DNA of 53,332 nt, taken from NCBI GenBank assembly GCA_045132035.1, contig JBGURM010000091.1:1-53332 (forward strand), in the 5' to 3' direction. The position numbers and the translations under genes were made by a program. Below, piece by piece: positions 18,674 to 26,307 of this stretch. This stretch comes from Bacilli bacterium. GTDB lineage: Bacteria > Bacillota_I > Bacilli_A > RFN20 > CAG-826. The notes beneath the pieces are model-generated. The model was given only the letters and a program-made list of their open reading frames with translations, ran no database searches and was not told the origin of the DNA. Position 1 is the first letter of the stretch; every line of letters starts with the position of its first letter.

Positions 18674-18755
18674 AAGCGCAAGAAACCACTTCTTTTGTTA
18701 TTTCAGCGCATTAATAATAAGTGATTTAAAACTGAATAAGTGGTAGATTATCAAT

Positions 18756-19430
18756 ATGTCAAAGCAAAGTCGTGGTGATAAAGGGGAATCATTAGTTAAG
18801 AAGTCTTTATCAAAGATAAAGGAATATCATAAAGTTCTTAACGATGTTACTTTTATCAATCAAAAAAGTGAGATGACTCATCAAATTGACCATGTCTTAA
18901 TTCATCCTCATGGTGTTTTTGTGATTGAAACGAAAAACTATTATGGAGTGATTAACCCAAACACTCATGATTCATTTTGGTTAAAAGAGGTAAAAGGTGA
19001 AGTTACTAGAATCTCAAATCCTTTGAAACAAAATAAATCTCATGCGGTAATTGTGAACCGTATTTTAGAAAAGAAATATGATGTTGTTCCAGTTGTTGTT
19101 TTTGTTAAAAATAACGCACCATATTTAGGCGATGAAAATGTCATTAACCTTAAAGAACTCCACTTATTTATCGATTCTTACCCCTATAAAGCACTTCTAG
19201 AAAAGAAAGAAATTGATGAGATTTATAAGACCATTAAAAAGTCGACAAGCGATGTAAGTAAAGAAGAACATTTAGAGAATATTGGTTATCTAAAACAAAT
19301 CAGAGAAGAAATAAAAAACGAAATTGCCTATGCGATTGAAAGTGGTACTTGTCCTCGATGCGATCACAAGATGATACAAAAAGGATATGAATACCATTGT
19401 TCAAATTGTAATTTTAAATTCAAACTATAA
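18756..19430 (+). CDS. NERD-domain (nuclease-related) protein with C-terminal zinc ribbon
   Basis: HQIDHVLIHPHGVFVIETKNYYG is the NERD core. The C-terminal CPRCDHKM...YHCSNCNF is a C4 ribbon. Confidence 0.75.
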   Translation: MSKQSRGDKGESLVKKSLSKIKEYHKVLNDVTFINQKSEMTHQIDHVLIHPHGVFVIETKNYYGVINPNTHDSFWLKEVKGEVTRISNPLKQNKSHAVIVNRILEKKYDVVPVVVFVKNNAPYLGDENVINLKELHLFIDSYPYKALLEKKEIDEIYKTIKKSTSDVSKEEHLENIGYLKQIREEIKNEIAYAIESGTCPRCDHKMIQKGYEYHCSNCNFKFKL

Positions 19431-19458
19431 AAAAGTTGTTCAATTAAGAACAACTATT
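19431..19458. terminator. hairpin between convergent genes (possible bidirectional terminator)
   Basis: AGTTGTTC-aattaa-GAACAACT, flanked by an A-run on the left. It overlaps the stop of the minus-strand gene. Confidence 0.5.
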
Positions 19459-21685
19459 CTTTAACGTCAGAAATTATTAATTCTTTATTTCTAATCTTCT
19501 TTTCCAAATCTTCGTAGCTAAGAGGTTTACCAAAGAGATATCCTTGTAATCTTCCACAAGATATTTCTTTCAAGAACTCTGCTTGTTCATCGGTTTCAAC
19601 ACCTTCTGATAAAGTCTTCATTCCGATTTCTTCCGCCATTTGGATGACGGATTTAATTAATGAACGAGACTTTTGATTGTGGCTAAAGCCAACTAAGAAT
19701 TGCATATCGAGTTTTAAGACATCAAAGTCATAATCTTTTAAAGCATTAAATGAACTATAACCAGAGCCAAAGTCATCTAACCATATAGCGAATCCTTTGT
19801 CTTTTAATTCTTTCATCGCGTTTTTAAGAACGTCACCTTCAGTTAATAAAGCGCTTTCAGTGATTTCGACGTGAATCATATGTTTTGGTATCTTATATTG
19901 ATTAACAATTTTTTCAATCGTGGATGGAACATCAAGAATCATGAAATCAAGTCTTGAGAAGTTGATTGAAACTGGCACAACCGGTAGTTTGTGATCAATG
20001 TTATATTTCAAGTCTTTACATACGAGTGTGAGCATCGCAATATCAAGTTTATGAATCAATTGAGCGTTTTCAAGCGCCCCAATGAATAAACCTGGATTCA
20101 TAAATCCATAACGTGGATCAATCCATCTCGCTAAAGCTTCACAGCCACATAATTCTTTAGTGTTACTCCAGACAACTGGTTGATAATATGGTTGAATATA
20201 TCCGTTATCAACAGCCTCATCGATATGTCTAACGACATATTGAATAAGATGATAAGAATCGTGCATCTTTTGGTCGTATTCAAGATATTCGCTTCTACCG
20301 TGTTGTTTAAGTTCGGCACAAGCATATCTGGCTTTTTCAACTGAACGGTGAGGATCTTCTGTCTTATTCTTTAAGATATATCCACCAACCTTTACGCCTG
20401 GACGAATATCTAAGTCAAGTTTTTCAACTTGTGATTCTACCGCTTCAACCTTTTCTAAAATATCTTCGTTTTTACAGAATACGACATAGTGGTCATCGCT
20501 TTGTCTAGAAACAAGACCATCAGGGAATGTTTTTGTTAAGATAACACCGACATCTTTCAAGAACTTATTACCAGCGGTAAATCCTCTTTGGTCGTTATAG
20601 ATTTTAAATGAAGTAATATCTAAAAATAGATACATCCATTCAGTAGCTTCGATATCTTTTTCGGCTGCTTTTCTTTTTGTTAGGGTTAAGAAATATTCAA
20701 AAGACCATAAGTCAGTTAACATGTCTTTGGTAGCAAGAAGCTCAAGTTCTTCATCTTTTTTAGCTTCGGCAACACGCTGGCTATAGATAGATACACAAAC
20801 CATCGATAAGGAAATAAAGAAGGTTATGTAATTAACTGTATCTCCGTCTTGGACTGAACGATCAATACCAGGAAGTTTAGTAAGAATTAAATGGAATCCA
20901 AGGAAGACAGAACCCAAAATACCGATAGAAATATATGGTTTCCAAATTAATAAACAACCAACATAAATCGCCATCATTAAGAAGCAAATAATTTGCTTAT
21001 ATGCTGGAATTGGATTTCCATGTTCATCAATTAAATTGCCACCAGTAATTGGGTCTTTGGCATAACCAAAATAATCGCTATAAGACACCCACATACCAAA
21101 TGATAAGCAAACAAGAGCGAACAAAGAAATTATAATTACGGAATTGATAACATCTGATTTTCCGCCTTTGAATTGGTAGATTGTAGCGACAATAACCATT
21201 ATTTGAAATATAGCGGTCGCTAACAAGAATGAGAGTAATAATGAAGAGGAAGTTAAACTCTTAACAGAGGCTGAAGGGTTTGAATATGCTGCAAAGACAT
21301 TTTTGTAATCAATGAAGCAGAAAAGCAATAAACCAATAAAGGCAAAAGAACAGACAACAATTGTCTTCTTTAAATTAGCGTGTTTGTCGACTGTATAAAT
21401 ACAGTATGCAAGCATTGATAAACCTAAGAATAAAAACAACCAGAAGTTGGAGGTTTGGCCATAAAAGACCGTGAAGAAATCCCCACCCTTGGTGTCAAGA
21501 ATTGGTTTTACTCTTTCAACGCTCTGGCGGATAATCATCCAAATTTCGATGACGATAATAATGGCCGCCATATAGATGCCAGAACGCATATTTGCCGCAT
21601 TTAAATATGAACTCACATAATTTGAGTTCTTATTAAAACCAAACAAATTGGCGAACCAACGCCCGATTTTCTTTAAAATGTTCAT
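19454..21685 (-). CDS. polytopic membrane protein with degenerate GGDEF domain and intact EAL domain (probable c-di-GMP phosphodiesterase)
   Basis: About 300 aa of hydrophobic N-terminus. The GGDEF position reads RQSDDHY. EAL-domain motifs are present: CEALARW, EITES, DDFGSGYSS, KLD, EGVET, QGYLFGKP. Confidence 0.85.
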   Translation of the reverse strand: MNILKKIGRWFANLFGFNKNSNYVSSYLNAANMRSGIYMAAIIIVIEIWMIIRQSVERVKPILDTKGGDFFTVFYGQTSNFWLFLFLGLSMLAYCIYTVDKHANLKKTIVVCSFAFIGLLLFCFIDYKNVFAAYSNPSASVKSLTSSSLLLSFLLATAIFQIMVIVATIYQFKGGKSDVINSVIIISLFALVCLSFGMWVSYSDYFGYAKDPITGGNLIDEHGNPIPAYKQIICFLMMAIYVGCLLIWKPYISIGILGSVFLGFHLILTKLPGIDRSVQDGDTVNYITFFISLSMVCVSIYSQRVAEAKKDEELELLATKDMLTDLWSFEYFLTLTKRKAAEKDIEATEWMYLFLDITSFKIYNDQRGFTAGNKFLKDVGVILTKTFPDGLVSRQSDDHYVVFCKNEDILEKVEAVESQVEKLDLDIRPGVKVGGYILKNKTEDPHRSVEKARYACAELKQHGRSEYLEYDQKMHDSYHLIQYVVRHIDEAVDNGYIQPYYQPVVWSNTKELCGCEALARWIDPRYGFMNPGLFIGALENAQLIHKLDIAMLTLVCKDLKYNIDHKLPVVPVSINFSRLDFMILDVPSTIEKIVNQYKIPKHMIHVEITESALLTEGDVLKNAMKELKDKGFAIWLDDFGSGYSSFNALKDYDFDVLKLDMQFLVGFSHNQKSRSLIKSVIQMAEEIGMKTLSEGVETDEQAEFLKEISCGRLQGYLFGKPLSYEDLEKKIRNKELIISDVKE

Positions 21686-21732
21686 TTATATATTCACTTT
21701 ACCCCTAACTTGATTTCAGATAAAGAAATAAT

Positions 21733-22275
21733 TTATCTGACACGTTTTTTATAAGACACTACGACATTGTTTATATATAAATCATCGTCACTATTAACTG
21801 TTATTTTGTATTGATTATTGTTTTGAATAATCTCATATTCCTTGCCGTAATCGTGGATTTCTGTCCCATCTTCATTACAAACATTAACTATGAATTTAAT
21901 GTCTTTAATCTCATAACCCGCTACAGTGAATGAGACGTCGATGCTTGTGTTAAAGGAATCTTCATCACAGTATAAATAGTTCTTCAAAGTATAATCACCA
22001 ATACTCACGTGCTCTTGTGAACTTGAAAATACCAATATTTCATTTCCTTTAGTTAATGCAAATCGACCACTAGTGTCTATGGTTGACCATTCTGTTAGTA
22101 AGTCAGTAGTAAAGTTAGCTGTAGAAGATATATAAATTGGCAATGTGCTAGCGTATGGAATAATAACCGCGGTAGCAATTCCGCCAACTAATAAAGTGAA
22201 CGAACAAAATAGTAGAATTAGAATCCTTTTTCTACTATTCTTTTCGGTTGTATTTGATTTAACTTTTTTCTGCAT
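21733..22275 (-). CDS. hypothetical membrane-anchored protein (single N-terminal TM, extracytoplasmic beta-rich domain)
   Basis: 180 aa. A basic N-terminus is followed by ILILLFCSFTLLVGGIATAVII. A 4-nt gap to the upstream gene and a 47-nt gap to the downstream GGDEF-EAL gene suggest one transcription unit. Confidence 0.6.
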   Translation of the reverse strand: MQKKVKSNTTEKNSRKRILILLFCSFTLLVGGIATAVIIPYASTLPIYISSTANFTTDLLTEWSTIDTSGRFALTKGNEILVFSSSQEHVSIGDYTLKNYLYCDEDSFNTSIDVSFTVAGYEIKDIKFIVNVCNEDGTEIHDYGKEYEIIQNNNQYKITVNSDDDLYINNVVVSYKKRVR

Positions 22276-22279
22276 CTAT

Positions 22280-23182
22280 TTATAAATAATACTCTTTTTC
22301 TGGTTTACCATCATATTTAAAAGAAACCTTTGAAAAAGACTGATTGACTTTAATGCTGTCCCAGTTTGGAGTCTTTGCCCATAATCTTGGACCGCTTTTA
22401 TCTAAATAAACCATTACCTCTCGATATGGATCTGATGAGTTTTTAACACTGATATTAATAGTGCCATCTGTATCGGCTGTTAAACATATAAATATGTGAT
22501 CAGAATAAGGGATATATGGAACGCTTCCGTTTGTGTTGGTTTTGAACATCCCATATTCAAACCAATCGGTTCCGGTTTTAGTTGAATACTTAATTCCATA
22601 TCCTCCGGCTTTATCGCCTCTAGATTCTCCATACCATTTCCAACCATTATCGTTTTCAATCATCATCATGACACCATCAGAAGATGTTCTTCCTTCGGAA
22701 TAGATACATTCGACTTTCTCCCATTTATGTCTACAATATGATGGGATTGGTACTTTGGCCGGACCTAAAACTTTACCTGTAACAGCAAATTTATTACCAA
22801 CATATTCTGAGCGTCCACTACTAGTGGATAAGGTGCCACTATAGAGTTTGACCCATTTACTACGACTACTGTTGTAATATGACCAGTTTCCTAAATCGGC
22901 ATTTACAAATAGGGAGCCGCTTTGGCCATTCACTTTAAATTCAATTGTAACCGTACCAACATCTTCGTTGAGAGTGGCTTCAAAATAATTGCCGTTTTTC
23001 CAATAATAGGCGCTTACATTCCAAATGATTGATGCATAGTAAGGTTTCTTGTTAATATAATAACCAGTTTCCCATTTTCCATCGGGATAAATAAAAAATC
23101 CTCTTTGGCCGTTGGAACCAGATGCCCCAACAAAATATCCGTTGCTATATTTGACAAACTGTTCGTTCCATTGTTTTCCCAT
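22280..23182 (-). CDS. hypothetical cytoplasmic protein with an internal two-fold repeat (MORN-like G/Y/W-rich motif plus beta-rich module)
   Basis: 300 aa with no signal peptide. The halves NGYFVGASGSNGQRGFFIYPDGKWETGYY...DVGTVTIEFKV and WYGESRGDKAGGYGIKYSTKTGTDWFEYGMF...DTDGTINISVK look duplicated. GAGG RBS. Confidence 0.6.
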   Translation of the reverse strand: MGKQWNEQFVKYSNGYFVGASGSNGQRGFFIYPDGKWETGYYINKKPYYASIIWNVSAYYWKNGNYFEATLNEDVGTVTIEFKVNGQSGSLFVNADLGNWSYYNSSRSKWVKLYSGTLSTSSGRSEYVGNKFAVTGKVLGPAKVPIPSYCRHKWEKVECIYSEGRTSSDGVMMMIENDNGWKWYGESRGDKAGGYGIKYSTKTGTDWFEYGMFKTNTNGSVPYIPYSDHIFICLTADTDGTINISVKNSSDPYREVMVYLDKSGPRLWAKTPNWDSIKVNQSFSKVSFKYDGKPEKEYYL

Positions 23183-23253
23183 ATGTGTGACCTCATTTAT
23201 AATGATAGCAAAAAAGAGGACAATCCTTCAATAAGTCTACTTTTAATAAAAAT

Positions 23254-23270
23254 AGTGCCACTTTGGCACT
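23254..23270. promoter_or_regulatory. perfect 7-3-7 palindrome AGTGCCA-ctt-TGGCACT (candidate operator)
   Basis: Lies in the divergent intergenic region and overlaps the predicted -35 of the HTH-ugd promoter. Confidence 0.45.
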
Positions 23271-23283
23271 TTTATACTATAAT
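23255..23283 (+). promoter_or_regulatory. candidate promoter: -35 GTGCCA, 17-nt spacer, -10 TATAAT; ATG lies 7 nt after the -10 (leaderless mRNA predicted)
   Basis: TATAAT at 23278-23283. The first ATG of the HTH ORF is at 23290, with no SD-like sequence between them. Confidence 0.45.
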
Positions 23284-23289
23284 AAATGC

Positions 23290-24618
23290 ATGACTTTAAA
23301 AGAATTAAGATTGTCAAAAAGAATTAGTCAGTCAGATGCCTCGTTAATATTAGGCATTCCTTTAAGAACATACAAAAGAATTGAAAACGATCCATCATAT
23401 ATCGGCACTCATAAATATAATTTCGCTTATGAGAAACTTTCTAATACAGTTGAGAATAAAAAGAGCACCAAAAAGTACAATTTCGCTGTTGTGGGAGCTG
23501 GGTATGTTGGTTTCTCATTAGCGGTTCTTTTGTCCACTCGCCATCATGTAACAGTAGTGGACATTAATCCTGACAAAATTGCAAAAATCAACGAAAGAAA
23601 CCCATTATTTTATGATCAAGACATTGAATATTATCTTAAAAACAAGAGCTTAAATTTATCTGCTTCTTTAATTAATTTAGAAGTATATAAACACTGTGAT
23701 TACGTAATAGTGGCGACCCCAACAGATTATGATGAATCACTTAAAAAATACGACATGACTAGTGTTTTAAATACGATTAAAGATGTTAGAAGTGTTAATA
23801 AAAAATGCACGATTATTATTAAATCAACATGCCACATCGGATTTACCTCTTCACTTAATGATAGTAATGTAATTTTCTCACCAGAATTTTTAAGAGAAGG
23901 CAAAGCACTATTTGATAATTTATATCCTTCTAGAATAATTATTGGTGGTGACCAAAACAAAAAAGAAGTAAGAGAGTTTGCCTCTATCTTAAAAGATTTA
24001 GCGATTTCTCCAACTAATGTACTTTTTATGTCTTCTTCTGAAGCTGAAGCAGTAAAACTATTTTCTAATTCTTATTTAGCAATGCGTGTCGCGTATTTTA
24101 ATGAAATGGATTCATTATTAAATGCTTATGGATTAGATAGTAATAAAGTTGTTAATGGAGTGAGCTTAGATCCAAGAATTGGAGATTATTACAACAACCC
24201 ATCTTTTGGTTATGGTGGATATTGCCTTCCAAAAGACACAAAAGCGTTAATTTCCCAAATGGAAGATGTATCAAATAATGAACTTCTAACTTCAATTGAT
24301 AAAAGTAATGGTTCAAGAAAAGAATATATTGTTCAAGATATATTGTATAAATTAGGAAAAGATTATAAAAACAAAACTGTAGGAGTCTTTTCTTTAATAT
24401 CAAAAACAGGAACAGATAACACTAGATATTCATCAATTAAAGATGTCATTGAGGGACTAAAGAAACATAACGTAAAAATTATAATTTTTAATCAACAAAT
24501 AATGTCATTAGAAGAATTTAAAAATAAAAGTGACTTGATTATCACTAATAGATATAGTTCATCACTAGATGATGTCTCTTACAAAGTATACACAAGAGAT
24601 TTATTCAAAAGAGATTAA
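23290..24618 (+). CDS. ugd: XRE-type HTH domain fused to UDP-glucose/GDP-mannose 6-dehydrogenase
   Basis: N-terminus MTLKELRLSKRISQSDASLILGIPLRTYKRIEN (HTH_3-like). Then Rossmann motif FAVVGAGYVGFSLA and catalytic-Cys motif GYGGYCLPKD. The track start at 23263 is a TTG. Confidence 0.8.
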   Translation: MTLKELRLSKRISQSDASLILGIPLRTYKRIENDPSYIGTHKYNFAYEKLSNTVENKKSTKKYNFAVVGAGYVGFSLAVLLSTRHHVTVVDINPDKIAKINERNPLFYDQDIEYYLKNKSLNLSASLINLEVYKHCDYVIVATPTDYDESLKKYDMTSVLNTIKDVRSVNKKCTIIIKSTCHIGFTSSLNDSNVIFSPEFLREGKALFDNLYPSRIIIGGDQNKKEVREFASILKDLAISPTNVLFMSSSEAEAVKLFSNSYLAMRVAYFNEMDSLLNAYGLDSNKVVNGVSLDPRIGDYYNNPSFGYGGYCLPKDTKALISQMEDVSNNELLTSIDKSNGSRKEYIVQDILYKLGKDYKNKTVGVFSLISKTGTDNTRYSSIKDVIEGLKKHNVKIIIFNQQIMSLEEFKNKSDLIITNRYSSSLDDVSYKVYTRDLFKRD

Positions 24619-24629
24619 AAAAGAAGGAA

Positions 24630-25724
24630 TTAGTTTTCCTTCTCTTTGTTCTTTTCTTTACTAGGAGCAACTTCTTTTTTTTCTATTGGAGCTGCTTCTA
24701 TTTTATTAGATTTCTTCTTTCTTCCGATGAATACGATTAAGTACGCCAGGCAAACAGAAATAAGTACAGAGCCAAAGCTCATTCCAATTCCGATTCCTAC
24801 TAATACACCAGCGCTGACAATTGCTTTTACACCAGTGTTATCGAGGAAATAGAATAGCATTGTTGAACCAATTGCGAGAACGATGCCGAAGACATTGAAT
24901 AAGATGCTATATGGGAATAATCTATCTTTAATTTTTCTTTCTCTGAAAAAGTCAAGATAGACATATGTATCCAAAAAGAGGCCGACACCTGCGCATATAA
25001 AGAACAAAATAGTGATTAATTTGCCTAGTAGTGCGTTACAGTAACCAACCGAAGAAGCGAATCCGAATAGGAATGATGACACCACTAAAAAGATAAAGTG
25101 ATATTTATTTTTCTTAATGTTATCTAAATCCATCACAAGGTGGTTTTTGAACTCGTTTGATTTCTTATTTTCTAGTTTTGTTTCAATTTGTTTTTCTTCT
25201 TGAGGTGCTTTGACTTCTTTCTTTTTCTCTTCTTTGACTGGCTCATCAAATACCGCATCTTTATTAATAAACAAAACGCTTATTTCGTCACTATATTCTA
25301 AAGAAGCTAAAAGGTCCTTCAATTCGTGAAGTCTAAGAGGGAAGCCGTTTTTCTCATGATAAATCAAGAAATATGGATTATATTCTTTGATTATTTTAAA
25401 CAATTCTTCTGATTTGTGTCTGCAACTTTCAAGGTCAACAATTTTAATGCTCTTGAGTGAGGCAACTTTGTTAATTAATTCACCTCTATTGAGATTCTCT
25501 AATTGGAAAGCACAAATAATGGATGCTGAATCTTTAATGTTGATTTGTAAAATGAATGTCTGATCAAATCCAATTTTTTCTTCTTTCTCTCCATTTGAAA
25601 AGAAAAATGAAGAATAATCCTCCTTTTTAAGAATCTCTTTAAGTGGAGATTTGATTATATCAAAAGAAACAAATTGCTCGTTTGTTTCAAATAATGCTGT
25701 GTCCTTGTCAAAGAATTTAATCAT
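24630..25724 (-). CDS. hypothetical membrane protein (soluble N-terminal domain, K/E-rich linker, ~4 TM, K/E-rich tail)
   Basis: 364-aa ORF. Hydrophobic segments start at FIFLVVSSFLFGF. No family recognised. Confidence 0.55.
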   Translation of the reverse strand: MIKFFDKDTALFETNEQFVSFDIIKSPLKEILKKEDYSSFFFSNGEKEEKIGFDQTFILQINIKDSASIICAFQLENLNRGELINKVASLKSIKIVDLESCRHKSEELFKIIKEYNPYFLIYHEKNGFPLRLHELKDLLASLEYSDEISVLFINKDAVFDEPVKEEKKKEVKAPQEEKQIETKLENKKSNEFKNHLVMDLDNIKKNKYHFIFLVVSSFLFGFASSVGYCNALLGKLITILFFICAGVGLFLDTYVYLDFFRERKIKDRLFPYSILFNVFGIVLAIGSTMLFYFLDNTGVKAIVSAGVLVGIGIGMSFGSVLISVCLAYLIVFIGRKKKSNKIEAAPIEKKEVAPSKEKNKEKEN

Positions 25725-25816
25725 GTTGTCTTTGCTTATTGTATCACTTTTTTGGAATACAAAAAAAGCACAATATAACTAAGTATCGTATATAATTAGA
25801 GTAGGTGGTAAAACAA

Positions 25817-26188
25817 ATGAAATTTTTTAGATGTAAACATTGCGGTAAGATTATCGCTGTAATTAACGACAAACCAGTCCCAACAATTTGCTGTGGAGAA
25901 AAAATGGAAGAACTCGTTCCAAATACTCAAGACGGTGCTCATGAAAAACACATTCCAGTCTATCAAGTCGAGGGTAATGTTGTTCATGTCACAGTCGGGG
26001 AAGTTGAACATCCAATGATGGAAGCCCATTATATTGAATGGATTATGCTCCAAACAAATTTAGGCAACCAAAGAAAAGTCTTAAAACCAGGTGAAGCCCC
26101 AAAAGCAGACTTCGCTCTTCTTCCAGGAGAGAAAGTTGTCAGAGTGCTTGAATACTGCAATCTCCACGGACTTTACGCAACAAAATAA
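25817..26188 (+). CDS. dfx: desulfoferrodoxin (2Fe superoxide reductase)
   Basis: N-terminal desulforedoxin motif CKHCG...CCG. Centre II ligand pattern EKHIP...H...CNLHG. TAGGTGG RBS before ATG 25817. Confidence 0.88.
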   Translation: MKFFRCKHCGKIIAVINDKPVPTICCGEKMEELVPNTQDGAHEKHIPVYQVEGNVVHVTVGEVEHPMMEAHYIEWIMLQTNLGNQRKVLKPGEAPKADFALLPGEKVVRVLEYCNLHGLYATK

Positions 26189-26227
26189 GTGGTTTCTTAT
26201 ATTATAATTCAACAAAATATCTCGATT

Positions 26228-26257
26228 AGACACTCTTTAATTTGAGTGTCTTTTTTG
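26228..26257 (+). terminator. rho-independent terminator after dfx
   Basis: AGACACTC-tttaattt-GAGTGTCT followed by six Ts. Confidence 0.8.
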
Positions 26258-26307
26258 ACTTTTATCTCCTCGTGCATATAATATATGTATGTATAGGCGG
26301 TATGCAT

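Noticed and set aside
18310-18755. Search for a HicA toxin partner of the HicB-like gene in the flanking intergenic DNA.
   Set aside because: No ORF of suitable size (about 60-80 aa) or of HicA character exists on either strand. The flanks are occupied by two terminator hairpins.
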